Origin: Burkholderiales bacterium | GTDB lineage: Bacteria > Pseudomonadota > Gammaproteobacteria > Burkholderiales > JAEUOS01 | Length of the DNA: 64,000 nucleotides | Assembly (NCBI GenBank): GCA_031430015.1 | Contig: JANPAR010000004.1 | Coordinates: 20,418-84,417 of the forward strand | Direction: 5' to 3' | In this document: piece by piece, positions 1 to 10,890 of the stretch | How the letters are laid out: each line of letters opens with the position of its first letter | How positions within the stretch are numbered: the stretch's first letter is position 1 | The notes under the pieces: generated by a model | What the model was told of the DNA's origin: nothing | The model's input: only the letters and a program-made list of their open reading frames with translations | The model's database searches: none | Made by a program: the position numbers and the translations under genes

Positions 1-69
1 TTGACGTGCGCGCTTGCGGCCTGAGGCCAGGCGCACGATCTTTTGCTTTGCTTTTTGTCCGGTAGCCAT
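1..69 (-). CDS. rpsT: 30S ribosomal protein S20, N-terminal fragment (gene runs off the left edge)
   Basis: Reverse complement of 1-69 reads MATGQKAKQKIVRLASGRKRARQ. This is a basic N-terminus with the KRARQ motif typical of S20. A divergent rpsT/murJ arrangement is common in proteobacteria. Only 23 codons are visible. Confidence 0.45.
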   Translation of the reverse strand, partial: MATGQKAKQKIVRLASGRKRARQ

Positions 70-359
70 GAATACTCGAAAAAAATGTTGGGATGGGTGG
101 AAATCGGGTAATCAATGATTATAGCAAATTCAAGGGCTTATTGGCAAATTTATCGCGTATTTTTGCTCTTGCGAGGGGCATGCAAGCGCGGTTCGCCTGC
201 GCGCCGGCAAACTGCCCCCCCGTCTTTGCCGGCCTCGATTGCCCCGTTCGGTCTTCCGGGGCCAATTTGACAAAATGGTGTGGCGGCGAGAGACAAAAAT
301 CACCGCGCTGCCTCTTTTCGAGCAGGAGTTACGCACTGCACGACCGGTATACTTCCCTT

Positions 360-2060
360 GTGAACCTTCTGGGCGCTCTCGCAAAAGTCAGTGGCTTTAC
401 GCTGCTGTCGCGCATTACCGGCCTCGCCCGCGAGTTTTTGATCGCCCGTGCGTTTGGTGCGAGTCTCTATACCGACGCGTTTTTCGTCGCGTTCCGCATT
501 CCCAATTTGCTGCGCCGGTTGTTTGCCGAGGGTGCATTCTCGCAAGCGTTTGTGCCGATCCTGGCGCAGACCAAAAACGCGGCTGACAAGACAGGGGGCG
601 GCGCGGCTGACAACGCGGGCAATAGCGTGGTCGACGATGCAGGCGACGACGCCAGCGTCCGCTCGCTGATCGATCACACTTTCGGCATGCTGGCGCTGCT
701 GCTGGCCATCACCACGCTGCTGGGCGTGATCGCTGCACCTCTCATCATCTACGTCAGCGCACCGGGCTTTGCCGCCGATGCGCCCAAGTTTGCGGTGACG
801 GTGGCGATGCTGAAGCTCACCTTTCCCTACATTCTCTTCATTTCGCTCACCGCATTTGCCGGTGCGGTGCTCAACACCTGGGGACGGTTTTCGGTGCCGG
901 CGTTTACGCCGGTGCTGCTCAATCTCTCGTTTATTGCCTGCGCCTTGTGGCTCGCGCCCCATGTCGAGCCGCCGGTGATGGCGCTGGCGTGGGCGGTGCT
1001 GATTGGTGGCGTGGTGCAACTCGCGTTTCAGTGGCCGGCGCTGCGGCGCATCGGCATGACGCCGCGTTTTCGCTTTGACTGGAAGCATGCGGGCGTGCGC
1101 CGCATCCTGCGCCAAATGGGGCCCGCATTGTTCGGTGTGTCAGTGGCGCAAATAAGCTTGTTGATCAACACGATCATCGCTTCTTTTTTGGTCAGCGGCA
1201 GCGTGTCGTGGCTCTACTACGCGGATCGCTTGATGGAGTTTCCGGCTGGCATGCTGGGAGTTGCGCTCGGCACGATATTGCTGCCGAGTCTGTCGAAGGC
1301 AGCGGCTGCCGGGGCAGGCGCGATACCGGCAGGCCAAACCGGGCAGAATGCTGCGGGCGAGAAGGCGGTGCTCGAAGCGGTGCACAAGGCGGCAAACACG
1401 GCAGCGCGCGAAGCGGGTAACAATGAGTTCTCCCAATTGCTTGACTGGGGGCTGCGCCTCACATTTTTGCTGGCCTTGCCCGCTGCGCTCGGGCTGGCGA
1501 TGCTGGCAACCCCGCTGGTGAGCACGCTATATCACTATGGTGCTTTTGCCGCGCACGACGTCGAGCAAACACGCGTCGCGCTGGTGGCTTACGCCGCAGG
1601 TTTGATCGGCTTGATTCTGGTGAAGGTTCTGGCACCCGGTTTTTATGCGCGCGGTGACATTCGCACGCCGGTAAAGATCGCGGTGTTCACGCTCGTTCTC
1701 ACGCAGGCGATGAATCTGGCGTTTGTGGGCATGCTCCAGCACGCCGGTCTCGCGCTGGCGATTGGCCTGGGCGCCTGCTTCAACGCGTTTTTGCTCTGGC
1801 GTGGCTTGCAACGCGCTGGCAGCTACGTGGCGCAACCGGGCTGGGCGGTGTTTGGCCTCAAGGTGGCGCTCGCGCTGGCCACGATGGGGGCGCTGCTATG
1901 GGCGCTGGATCCCGGTGCCGCGCGCTGGCTGGCGCTGCAAGCAAGCCCGTGGCAGCGGGTGGCGGCGCTGGCGGGGATTGTCAGCGCGGGCGCGATGGTG
2001 TATTTTTGCGTCTTGGGTTTGGCTGGATTTCGGATCCGCGATTTCAAGAGAAACGTCTAG
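360..2060 (+). CDS. murJ: Lipid II flippase MurJ (MviN)
   Basis: Track ORF 93-2060. The conserved MurJ N-terminus VNLLGALAKVSGFTLLSRITGLAREFLIARAFGAS..DAFFVAFRIPNLLRRLFAEGAFSQAFVPIL begins at the in-frame GTG at 360. The protein is multi-TM throughout. The upstream 89 codons are not MurJ-like. Two low-complexity loop insertions are present. Confidence 0.88.
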   Translation: MNLLGALAKVSGFTLLSRITGLAREFLIARAFGASLYTDAFFVAFRIPNLLRRLFAEGAFSQAFVPILAQTKNAADKTGGGAADNAGNSVVDDAGDDASVRSLIDHTFGMLALLLAITTLLGVIAAPLIIYVSAPGFAADAPKFAVTVAMLKLTFPYILFISLTAFAGAVLNTWGRFSVPAFTPVLLNLSFIACALWLAPHVEPPVMALAWAVLIGGVVQLAFQWPALRRIGMTPRFRFDWKHAGVRRILRQMGPALFGVSVAQISLLINTIIASFLVSGSVSWLYYADRLMEFPAGMLGVALGTILLPSLSKAAAAGAGAIPAGQTGQNAAGEKAVLEAVHKAANTAAREAGNNEFSQLLDWGLRLTFLLALPAALGLAMLATPLVSTLYHYGAFAAHDVEQTRVALVAYAAGLIGLILVKVLAPGFYARGDIRTPVKIAVFTLVLTQAMNLAFVGMLQHAGLALAIGLGACFNAFLLWRGLQRAGSYVAQPGWAVFGLKVALALATMGALLWALDPGAARWLALQASPWQRVAALAGIVSAGAMVYFCVLGLAGFRIRDFKRNV

Positions 2061-2069
2061 ACAGGAACG

Positions 2070-2918
2070 TTGGGCTTGACGAACGAACCTTTGCAGCGCT
2101 TTCGCGATGCTGTCGCGCCGGAGCGCGTAAAAATTGATTTGGCCGAGGCCGCGCTGTTGTGCGCGCAGGACACCTATCCTGATCTCGATATCCGCAGTCA
2201 GCTCGATACGCTCGAAGCGCTCGCGGCCAAATTGCGCAACCGCTTGCCTGCCGATTTTTCGGTGACTCACCGTCTGGTAGCACTCAACAATTATCTGTTC
2301 AGCGAACTCGGCTTCTCGGGGAATGCGGACTCGTATTACGATCCACGCAACAGTTTTTTGAACGATGTGATCGAGCGCAAGACCGGCATCCCGATCACGC
2401 TGTCGATTTTGTATTTGGAGATTGGGCAGCGGCTTGGATTGAAGTTGAAAGGGGTCTCGTTCCCCGGCCATTTTTTGGTCAAGGTGCGCGTCAGCGGTGG
2501 TGAGCTGGTGCTTGACCCGTTCGCTGGCGGGCGCTCATTGTCGGAGGAAGATTTGCGTGAACGGCTGGCGCAATTCACCGGTCCCAACGCGGCCAAGGAT
2601 TTGCCGCTGGAAGACTTTCTCGAGACCGCCACGCCGCGCCAGATTCTCGCGCGCCTGCTGCGCAATCTCAAAGGCATCTACCTAGAAGCCAAGGAGTTTG
2701 ACAAGGCGTTAGGGGTGATGAACCGGCTCGTCATTCTGCTGCCCGAGGTGCCTGAGGAGCGGCGCGACCGCGGTGTGGTCTACGCGCAGCTGGAGTGTCC
2801 GCGCGCCGCGCAGGATGATTTGAGCCATTACGCGAGTGAACGCCCCAAGGCCGACGATGCGGAGGCGATTGCCGCGCAACTGGCGGCAGTGACGATAGCG
2901 GCGGCGCGGCTGAATTAG
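2070..2918 (+). CDS. sirB1: SirB1/YchA-family protein (transglutaminase-like N-domain plus TPR-like C-domain)
   Basis: 282-aa ORF with a TTG start. The N-terminal region (IDLAEAALLCAQDTYPDLD ... LNNYLFSELGFSGN...YYDPRNSFLNDVIERKTGIPITLSILYLEIGQRLGL..GVSFPGHFLV) matches my memory of the SirB1 family. Confidence 0.7.
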   Translation: MGLTNEPLQRFRDAVAPERVKIDLAEAALLCAQDTYPDLDIRSQLDTLEALAAKLRNRLPADFSVTHRLVALNNYLFSELGFSGNADSYYDPRNSFLNDVIERKTGIPITLSILYLEIGQRLGLKLKGVSFPGHFLVKVRVSGGELVLDPFAGGRSLSEEDLRERLAQFTGPNAAKDLPLEDFLETATPRQILARLLRNLKGIYLEAKEFDKALGVMNRLVILLPEVPEERRDRGVVYAQLECPRAAQDDLSHYASERPKADDAEAIAAQLAAVTIAAARLN

Positions 2919-3031
2919 CGCAAACTGCGAAAAACCGCTTCTACCAATGGTTTCAGCGGCATAGGACCGCAGAACCGCACCCCAGGCGGCGCGCAGGCTG
3001 GGGCATGACCTGCGCAGCGGCTCCAGAAACC

Positions 3032-3793
3032 TCAACGCGGTGCCATGCGGATCGCGCCGTCCAATCGAATCGTCTCGCCATTGAGCATTTCGTTCTCGAT
3101 GATGTGCTTGGCCAGGCTGGCGTATTCATCGGGGCGGCCGAGGCGCGAGGGGAAGGGCACTTGTTTGCCGAGCGACTCTTGCACTTCAGGCGGCAGGCCG
3201 TTCAGTAGGGGCGTGAGGAACAGGCCAGGCGCAATCGTCACGCAGCGTATGCCGTCGCGTGACAAATCGCGTGCAACGGGCAGGGTCATGCCGACGATGC
3301 CCCCTTTTGATGCTGCGTACGCGGCTTGCCCAATTTGGCCGTCATAGGCAGCGACCGATGCCGTGTTGATGAGCACGCCGCGCTCGCCCGCAGCATTGGG
3401 CTGGTTGTTCAGCATCGCAGTGGCGGCGAGGCGAATCATGTTGAAGGTGCCGATCAGGTTGATCTGGATCACGCGCGTGAAGCCGGCCAGTTTGTGCGGC
3501 CCGTTCTTGCCGGTGGTCTTTTCCGCCGTGCCGATGCCGGCGCAATTGACGAGGCCGTTGACGCCGCCAAAGGCTTTCACCGTGGCGTCCACCGCAGCTT
3601 GGCCGTCAGCTTCACTGGTGACATCACACTTGATGAAGATGCCCCCGGTCTCTTTGGCGAGCGCGTTGCCGAGATCCGCGTTGAGGTCAGCGATGGCGAC
3701 CTTGCCGCCGTTCGCGGCGATCAGCTTGACTGTGGCGGCGCCCAAGCCTGATGCGCCGCCAGTGACCAGAAATGCATTGCCCTTGATGTCCAT
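3032..3793 (-). CDS. Short-chain dehydrogenase, 3-hydroxyacyl-CoA dehydrogenase type-2 (HSD17B10-like)
   Basis: Contains TGGASGLG Rossmann motif, NCAGI and the YAASKGG catalytic Y-x-x-x-K. Length is 253 aa and the C-terminus is [14 protein letters not shown]. Confidence 0.88.
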   Translation of the reverse strand: MDIKGNAFLVTGGASGLGAATVKLIAANGGKVAIADLNADLGNALAKETGGIFIKCDVTSEADGQAAVDATVKAFGGVNGLVNCAGIGTAEKTTGKNGPHKLAGFTRVIQINLIGTFNMIRLAATAMLNNQPNAAGERGVLINTASVAAYDGQIGQAAYAASKGGIVGMTLPVARDLSRDGIRCVTIAPGLFLTPLLNGLPPEVQESLGKQVPFPSRLGRPDEYASLAKHIIENEMLNGETIRLDGAIRMAPR

Positions 3794-3950
3794 GTGAGTT
3801 CCCTTGTGTGTGGATGCGAATGCGGAATTTTAGCGGCGCAAGCAAGGGTGCAAGAGCGCGAGCGGCAAACCGCCACCTGCCTGAGGCGCACTGCCGCACG
3901 CCAGTGCCCGCTTTTACCATCTTGTACCGCCGGTGCCGCTCGTTCCCAGG

Positions 3951-5129
3951 TTATTGCAGCGCCTGCGCACGCGCCGCCGACGCGAGATCGCCCTGGCGCG
4001 CAGCCAGCAAATACCAACGCCGTGCTTCGGGCAGATTGACCGGGATCAGAATGCCATTGCTGAGCAGATCGCCAATCAATTTTTGCGTGGCGGCACTGCC
4101 AGTGGCACCGAGCACGTTGGAATAGGACTGCAACTGTTTGCGGTCTTCGGCGATGGCCCATTTGGTATCGGCCAGCACGATCATGTAGGCCTTGGCCAAT
4201 TCGTTGCCGTGCGCGGCGGCGAGGGCCATCCAGCGGGTGCCGATGTCGCGGTCAAGTGCGGCGCCCTGGCCGAACAAAAACATCAGGCCCAGATTGGCCT
4301 CGGCATCGCCATGGCTTTTTTGCGCGGCCATGCGGAAGTAGTCGCCGGCACGCTTGAAATCGGTCTCGACGCCGAGGCCTTTCCAGTACAGCACGCCAAG
4401 GTTGTTGAACCCGCGCGGTTCGCCGAGCGCAGCCGCGCGCTCATACCAGCCGCGCGCCGCGGCGAGGTCTTTTGGCACGCCCACGCCATCGCGGTAATAA
4501 TTTCCGAGGTTATCCATCGCAATCGCGAGGCCGGCGTCTGCGGCCCGTTGGTACAGCGCGATGGCGCGCGCGGGATCACGCGCCGCGCCTTCGCCGCGCG
4601 CGTAGGCATTGGCGAGCGTGTTGAGGGTGTTGGGTTCGCCGCGCGGCAGTGCCTGCTCGAGCCAGTACATCGCGCTGGCCGGGTCACGCTGCACGCCGAT
4701 GCCGTCGGCATACATCACCGCGAGATTGGTTTGTGCGGCAGCGTGGCCGTTGCGCGCGCCGCGCTCGAACCAAGCCAGCGCCTGCGCGTAATCCTGTTTG
4801 ATCACGTCACCATGAAAAAAGGCTGCGCCAATGCGCGCTTGCGCGGCCGGAATGTCCTGGTTTGCGGCTTTGAGAAACAGGTCAATCGCGCGCGGCAAAT
4901 CACGCGGCACTTGCTTGCCGGGCAGCAATACTTCGGCGACGGCGTATTGCGCGTATTTGTTGCCGCGCGCGGCGAGCGGATCAAGCAGGCGTAAGGCGAG
5001 GGCAGCGTCGCCAATCTCGAACGCCGCCCAGCCGCTGCGCAGGCGTTCGTCGTCACTTTGGGCAACCGCAGCTGCTGCACTACCGATCAAGACGATGGTG
5101 GAAATCCATATTCCGATCGTGTGTGTCAT
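3951..5129 (-). CDS. Secreted Sel1-like (SLR/TPR) repeat protein
   Basis: Repeated approximately 36-aa units with A..G...A...LG..Y..G.GV..D...A..W signatures. The signal peptide MTHTIGIWISTIVLIGSAAAAVAQS begins at the internal ATG (5129). The alternative start is 5153. Confidence 0.78.
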   Translation of the reverse strand: MTHTIGIWISTIVLIGSAAAAVAQSDDERLRSGWAAFEIGDAALALRLLDPLAARGNKYAQYAVAEVLLPGKQVPRDLPRAIDLFLKAANQDIPAAQARIGAAFFHGDVIKQDYAQALAWFERGARNGHAAAQTNLAVMYADGIGVQRDPASAMYWLEQALPRGEPNTLNTLANAYARGEGAARDPARAIALYQRAADAGLAIAMDNLGNYYRDGVGVPKDLAAARGWYERAAALGEPRGFNNLGVLYWKGLGVETDFKRAGDYFRMAAQKSHGDAEANLGLMFLFGQGAALDRDIGTRWMALAAAHGNELAKAYMIVLADTKWAIAEDRKQLQSYSNVLGATGSAATQKLIGDLLSNGILIPVNLPEARRWYLLAARQGDLASAARAQALQ

Positions 5130-5162
5130 GGCAACGGGCGAGGAAGGAAGCAAAACGGGACG

Positions 5163-5188
5163 AAAAAAAAGGCGGCCCGCAGGCCACC
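5163..5188 (-). terminator. Intrinsic terminator downstream of hppA
   Basis: The minus strand reads GGTGGCC-TGCG-GGCCGCC followed by T8. This is a 7-bp GC stem with one G.U pair and a 4-nt loop, 28 nt after the hppA stop. The Sel1 gene starts only 10-34 nt beyond it. Confidence 0.7.
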
Positions 5189-5215
5189 CGCAAATTCTAA
5201 CGGAGCTTCAAACCA

Positions 5216-7279
5216 TCACAGCAGCGGCACGATCAGCAGTGCGACGATGTTGATGATCTTTATCAGCGGGTTAACCGCAGGGCCAGCCGTGTCTTTGTAC
5301 GGGTCGCCCACGGTGTCACCGGTAACGGCCGCTTTGTGCGCGTCCGAGCCTTTGCCGCCGTAGTGGCCTTCTTCGATGTATTTCTTGGCGTTGTCCCATG
5401 CGCCGCCACCGGTACACATCGAAATCGCCACAAACAAGCCGGTAACGATGGTGCCCATCAGGACGCCGCCCAAAGCCTGCGGGCCGAGCAGCAGGCCCAC
5501 CAGCACCGGCACCAGCACCGGCAGCAGCGACGGAATCATCATTTCCTTGATCGCCGCCGTGGTCAGCAGATCCACTGCACGCTCGTACTCCGGCTTGGCC
5601 GTGCCTTCCATAATGCCCTTGATCTCGCGGAACTGGCGGCGTACTTCTTCCACCACCGCACCGGCCGCGCGACCGACGGCTTCCATTGCCATCGCGCCGA
5701 AGAGGAAGGGGATCAGACCACCGATAAAGAGGCCAATCACCACCTTGTGGTCGGCGAGGTCAAATGCGAAATGCATTTTTTTCGCAGCTTCGAGCGCGTG
5801 CGTGTAGTCGGCGAAGAGCACTAGGGCGGCGAGGCCGGCCGAACCAATCGCATAGCCTTTGGTCACGGCCTTGGTCGTGTTACCGACCGCGTCGAGCGGA
5901 TCAGTCACAGCGCGCACGGACTCGGGCAACTCGCTCATCTCGGCGATGCCACCCGCGTTGTCGGTGATCGGTCCGTAGGCGTCGAGTGCAACCACGAAGC
6001 CGGACATTGAAAGCATCGAAGTTGCCGCAGTGGCGAAGCCGTACAGGCCGGCAAACGCAAACGACAGGTAGATCGCCAGACACACCACGATCACCGGCCA
6101 GCCGGTCGACTTCATCGATACGGCTATGCCGGCGATGATGTTGGTAGCATGACCCTTGGTCGATGCTTCGGCGACATACTTGACCGGATAAAAATCGGTA
6201 CCGGTGTAGTACTCCGTGATGTAAACCAGCAGGCCGGTGAGGCCGAGGCCGACCACACAGCACATCCACAAACGCCACACCGCGCCGGTGGCAAAGCCGT
6301 CGCCCGCGAGTGCCGCGTCGGGGATGAACATTTGCGTGACCGGATAAAACGCGATTAGCGAGAGCACGCCGGCCACGGCGAGGCCGCGATACAGCGCGTT
6401 CATGATTTTGCCGCCGTCACGTGCCTTGACAAAGAAACAGCCGACGATAGAGGCTATGATCGACACCGCGCCCAGCACCAGCGGGTAAACAATGCCCGCA
6501 TCGCTTCCCTTGATCAGGAGCGCGCCAAGCACCATGGTGGCGATCAGGGTCACCGCATAGGTCTCAAACAGGTCAGCGGCCATACCGGCGCAGTCGCCGA
6601 CGTTGTCACCGACGTTGTCGGCGATCACGGCGGGGTTGCGCGGGTCATCTTCGGGAATGCCGGCTTCCACTTTGCCAACCAGGTCGGCGCCGACGTCGGC
6701 ACCCTTGGTGAAAATGCCGCCGCCCAGACGGGCGAAGATCGAGATCAACGAGGCACCGAAGCCCAAGCCGATCATCGGTTTCAACAAGTCGGCATTGGAC
6801 ATGGTCACGCCAAGGCCGTGCGGCGCGGCACCTTTGAGCACCATGTAAAAACCAACCACTCCGATCAGGCCGAGACCTACAACTAGCATGCCGGTGATCG
6901 CGCCACCGCGGAAGGCGACGTCCAGCGCGGGAGAGATGCCGCCGGTTGCGGCCTGCGCAGTGCGCACATTGGCGCGCACCGAAACGTTCATGCCGATGAA
7001 GCCCGCCACGCCCGAGAGAAGTGCACCGACAAAGAAGCCCGCCGCCGTCATCGGCCCCAGCACAATCCCGAGGATCACCATGATGATGACGCCGACCACG
7101 GTGATGGTGGCGTACTGGCGCTTCAGGTAGGCCTGCGCACCCGCCTGAATTGCGGCAGCGATTTCCTGCATGCGCGCGTTGCCGGTGGGCAGGGCGAGAA
7201 TCCATTTGAATGTAAAAAAGCCATACGCGACCGCGATCAAACCGCAGACGATGGCAATCCACAATGCTGCTTGAGACAT
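5216..7279 (-). CDS. hppA: Membrane-bound proton-translocating pyrophosphatase (H+-PPase)
   Basis: 687 aa and polytopic. Hallmark motifs GGG(I)[35 protein letters not shown] and [19 protein letters not shown] are present. Confidence 0.95.
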   Translation of the reverse strand: MSQAALWIAIVCGLIAVAYGFFTFKWILALPTGNARMQEIAAAIQAGAQAYLKRQYATITVVGVIIMVILGIVLGPMTAAGFFVGALLSGVAGFIGMNVSVRANVRTAQAATGGISPALDVAFRGGAITGMLVVGLGLIGVVGFYMVLKGAAPHGLGVTMSNADLLKPMIGLGFGASLISIFARLGGGIFTKGADVGADLVGKVEAGIPEDDPRNPAVIADNVGDNVGDCAGMAADLFETYAVTLIATMVLGALLIKGSDAGIVYPLVLGAVSIIASIVGCFFVKARDGGKIMNALYRGLAVAGVLSLIAFYPVTQMFIPDAALAGDGFATGAVWRLWMCCVVGLGLTGLLVYITEYYTGTDFYPVKYVAEASTKGHATNIIAGIAVSMKSTGWPVIVVCLAIYLSFAFAGLYGFATAATSMLSMSGFVVALDAYGPITDNAGGIAEMSELPESVRAVTDPLDAVGNTTKAVTKGYAIGSAGLAALVLFADYTHALEAAKKMHFAFDLADHKVVIGLFIGGLIPFLFGAMAMEAVGRAAGAVVEEVRRQFREIKGIMEGTAKPEYERAVDLLTTAAIKEMMIPSLLPVLVPVLVGLLLGPQALGGVLMGTIVTGLFVAISMCTGGGAWDNAKKYIEEGHYGGKGSDAHKAAVTGDTVGDPYKDTAGPAVNPLIKIINIVALLIVPLL

Positions 7280-7504
7280 TGTCTCCTCCGATGTTGTGAA
7301 AATACTTAGGGACTCTGGGCGCGGCGCTTAGGGTTGCGCGAACCACTGCGCAAGCCCCCCAGTGACTCTTGAGACTGCCTGGATCACTTTGGGTCCGTGG
7401 GTCTGGCCGCCGCCAGAAAAACTTTGTAATTGTAAAGGATTCAGCCTGCGAAGATGCTACGGCGCATGTGATGTGCGCCTGCAAACAGGCGCCCGCGCCG
7501 CAGC

Positions 7505-8260
<756 letters not shown>

Positions 8261-9067
8261 TCAATGTTGACTATACAAGCGGCGCACCAGCGCGAGATCG
8301 CTGGCGGTATCCACCCCGGGAGCTGCGGTGGCTGCAGTGACGTGGACGGCGACGCGGTGGCCGTGCCAGAGTGCGCGCAGTTGTTCAAGCGCCTCGAACT
8401 GTTCAATCGGGGCAGGCGCCAGCGCGGGAAACAATTTGAGAAACGCCACGCGATAGGCATAAATGCCCATATGGCGGTAGATCGGCAAGCCAGCAGGAAC
8501 GGCGGACGGTACATGCTCACGCGCCGCCGCAAAGGCATCGCGCGCCCACGGAATCGCGGCGCGCGAAAAATACAGCGCCGTGTTGCGCGCGTCGAGCACC
8601 ACCTTCACGATGTTGGGGTTGAACACCTCGGCCGCATCGCTCAAGGGGTGGCAAGCGGTGGCGAGTGCGCAATCGGGACGGGCCGCCAATTCGTCCGCAA
8701 CCGCGCCAATCAGCGCAGCTGCAATCAGCGGCTCATCGCCCTGCACATTGACCACGAAAGTGTCATCGGAGAGACCGAGCAGGGCAGCGGCTTCAGCGAG
8801 GCGGTCAGTGCCGGAGGCGTGATTTGCACTCGTCATCAAGGCGCGAAAGCCGTGCGCCTCGACCGCCGCTTTGATCTCGGCATCATCGGTAGCCACACAC
8901 ACTTGCGCTGCACCGCTCTGCGCCGCTTTTTCCGCGACGCGCACCACCATCGGTTTGCCACCGATATCGGCGAGCACCTTGTCCGCCAGGCGCGACGACG
9001 CGCGACGTGCCGGAATCAGCGCGACAAACGACGTCAAGCGAGCTGGGGCCAAGCTGGTTGGGGTCAA
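8261..9067 (-). CDS. kdsB: 3-deoxy-manno-octulosonate cytidylyltransferase (CMP-KDO synthetase)
   Basis: Contains [23 protein letters not shown] and NVQGDEP motifs. The TTG start at 9067 overlaps the ycaR stop. A slightly later start is possible. Confidence 0.9.
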   Translation of the reverse strand: MTPTSLAPARLTSFVALIPARRASSRLADKVLADIGGKPMVVRVAEKAAQSGAAQVCVATDDAEIKAAVEAHGFRALMTSANHASGTDRLAEAAALLGLSDDTFVVNVQGDEPLIAAALIGAVADELAARPDCALATACHPLSDAAEVFNPNIVKVVLDARNTALYFSRAAIPWARDAFAAAREHVPSAVPAGLPIYRHMGIYAYRVAFLKLFPALAPAPIEQFEALEQLRALWHGHRVAVHVTAATAAPGVDTASDLALVRRLYSQH

Positions 9068-9243
9068 GCGAGTTCGGCGTCGGTCAGCGCGCGTGCTTCT
9101 TCTTCGAGCATGACGGGGATGCCGTCGCGCACTGGATAGGCGAGGCGCGCTGAACGCGAAATCAATTCCTGCCTGTCTCGGTCGTAGACCAGCGGCCCCT
9201 TGGTGATCGGGCAGACCAGAATTTCAAGCAGCTTGGTGTCCAC
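9064..9243 (-). CDS. ycaR: Trm112/YcaR-family small zinc-ribbon-like protein (UPF0434); not in the supplied ORF track (59 aa)
   Basis: Minus-strand translation from GTG at 9243 gives [59 protein letters not shown]. This is the canonical LLEILVCP...YP(I/V)RDGIPVML family signature. It sits in the conserved lpxK-ycaR-kdsB position. Confidence 0.82.
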   Translation of the reverse strand: MDTKLLEILVCPITKGPLVYDRDRQELISRSARLAYPVRDGIPVMLEEEARALTDAELA

Positions 9244-10315
9244 GCAGACTCTCCAGAATCAACTCGATCAACACGCCGTCGACTTGTGCCATCACTGGTA
9301 AAACCCAGATGCGATCATCATTGAGTGAAGCACATTTTAGCGCGTCCTTTTCGGTGATGATCAGGATGTCTGCATTGATCGCAGTGAGATCAGCGCGCGT
9401 GTACGCGTGGTGGTCGGGGAATACGTGTTCGGTAAAGCTGGGGCCATGATTAACGGCAACTTCACTCACATTGGCGGTACCGTCGCCAAGACCCTTGACG
9501 CCAAGGCCCCCGGCGCGCAGGGCGGCGAAAAAGCGCGCCGGATTGCCGATGCCCGCCATGGCAGCAATGCGGCCATGTGGCGCGCGCGCAGCCAGCGCGG
9601 CGAGTGTGCTGGTGTCCGCTTGGTTGCTCAACCGGTAGCAAAGCTGCGGCACCAATTTCATCTGTTGCATGGCTGGAAAGCGTTGGTGCAAGCTGTTTTT
9701 AGCCGCAATTCCGCCAGAATCGTTGACTACCAAGGCTGTCAGGGTGGCGGCGCGTGACAAAGGCTCGCGCAATGGCCCGGCGGGCAACAGGCAACCGTTG
9801 CCTGCGCCGCGTTCGTCGAATACGGCGATCTCGATGTCGCGCGCGAGCGCGTAGTGCTGCAAGCCATCATCGCTGATGATGACGTTGACTTCAGGGTATG
9901 CCGCGAGCAGCGTGCGGCCAGCGCGCGCACGATCGACATCAACAAATACCGGCACGCGCGCGGCCCGCGCGATCAACAGAGGTTCGTCGCCGCTGTTGGT
10001 GGGAGCGCTTTCCAGCGTGACCTCCACGCTCCCCGTTGGCTCGGTGTTGTTGCGCCCATAGCCGCGGCTGATGGCGCCAGGCCGCCAGCCCTGCTCGCGC
10101 AGCGCTTTGACCAGGGCAATCACCAACGGGGTTTTGCCGCTGCCGCCAATTGTGAGGTTGCCGACCACTATGACCGGTACCGGCAGGCGTTGCGCGGCCA
10201 GCACGCCGCTGCGGTACAAGGCGCGGCGCACGATTGCCGCACATCCGAAAAGCACGGCCAGCGGCACCAACAACACGCAGCGAACGGTAAGCCTGGGTAG
10301 CCACCAGTCGCGCAC
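9224..10315 (-). CDS. lpxK: Tetraacyldisaccharide 4'-kinase
   Basis: GTG start and an N-terminal TM segment. P-loop [13 protein letters not shown] and SRGYG motif are present. It lies in the lpxK-ycaR-kdsB context. Confidence 0.9.
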   Translation of the reverse strand: MRDWWLPRLTVRCVLLVPLAVLFGCAAIVRRALYRSGVLAAQRLPVPVIVVGNLTIGGSGKTPLVIALVKALREQGWRPGAISRGYGRNNTEPTGSVEVTLESAPTNSGDEPLLIARAARVPVFVDVDRARAGRTLLAAYPEVNVIISDDGLQHYALARDIEIAVFDERGAGNGCLLPAGPLREPLSRAATLTALVVNDSGGIAAKNSLHQRFPAMQQMKLVPQLCYRLSNQADTSTLAALAARAPHGRIAAMAGIGNPARFFAALRAGGLGVKGLGDGTANVSEVAVNHGPSFTEHVFPDHHAYTRADLTAINADILIITEKDALKCASLNDDRIWVLPVMAQVDGVLIELILESLRGHQAA

Positions 10316-10377
10316 GAGTGAGGAGAGCAGGGACAGGGGTAGAGAGAGGGTCAGGGCAGGGACAGAAGTGTCCCAGC

Positions 10378-10797
10378 CTACTTCGTTGTAGTGCTCTGCG
10401 TGGTGAATGTCACCTGGCCGAGACCAGCCATTTGCGAGGCCTGCATCACCACCACCACCGCCTGGTGGGTCGCTTGCGCGTCGGCGTTGATCACCACCAC
10501 CGGGTCTTTCTTGCCGGCAGCGGCCGCCTTGAGATCAGCGGAGAGGCCATCGACATTCGTGAATGCGATGGTCTTGCCGTTGATCGCATACTTGCTGCCC
10601 GCCGTGATGCCGACGTTGACTTCATTTGGTCGTTCCAATTGCTTCTCGGCATCTGCTGTTGGCAGGTTGATCTGCAGCTCAGCGTACTTGGAATAGGTCG
10701 TGGTGACCATCAAAAAAATCAGGATCACCAGCAGCACGTCGATCAAGGGGATGAAATTGATCTCCGGCTCTTCAGGTGCTTTGCGGCGGAAATTCAT
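10378..10797 (-). CDS. exbD: ExbD/TolR-family biopolymer transport protein
   Basis: 139 aa. INFIPLIDVLLVILIFLMVT single TM segment with the conserved Asp, followed by a periplasmic domain. Confidence 0.85.
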   Translation of the reverse strand: MNFRRKAPEEPEINFIPLIDVLLVILIFLMVTTTYSKYAELQINLPTADAEKQLERPNEVNVGITAGSKYAINGKTIAFTNVDGLSADLKAAAAGKKDPVVVINADAQATHQAVVVVMQASQMAGLGQVTFTTQSTTTK

Positions 10798-10890
10798 GGT
10801 GCGTTTGTCTTATGGCTGTCTTGTGGTTCGTGGCAGAGCAGGGGCAGACCGGTGCTGGTGCAACGAGGCAATGGCCGCTGCAGTGCGCGG

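Noticed and set aside
93-359. N-terminal over-extensions of track ORFs: murJ 93-359, adk 8159-8257, rdgB 21779-21859, hisC 31500-31643, ugd 39834-39941, mltB 46319-46741, moxR 50383-50589, holC 54701-54931, pepA 56244-56570, lptG 57246-57527, and the DUF2059 gene 28425-28688.
   Set aside because: The conserved family N-terminus or signal peptide begins at an internal start. The extensions overlap upstream genes or have non-protein-like composition.
7475-7492. Hairpin GCGCCTG-CAAA-CAGGCGC just downstream of the adk stop as a terminator.
   Set aside because: There is no U-tract on the minus (sense) strand after the stem. It is possibly a Rho-dependent or stabilising structure, but it is not callable as an intrinsic terminator.
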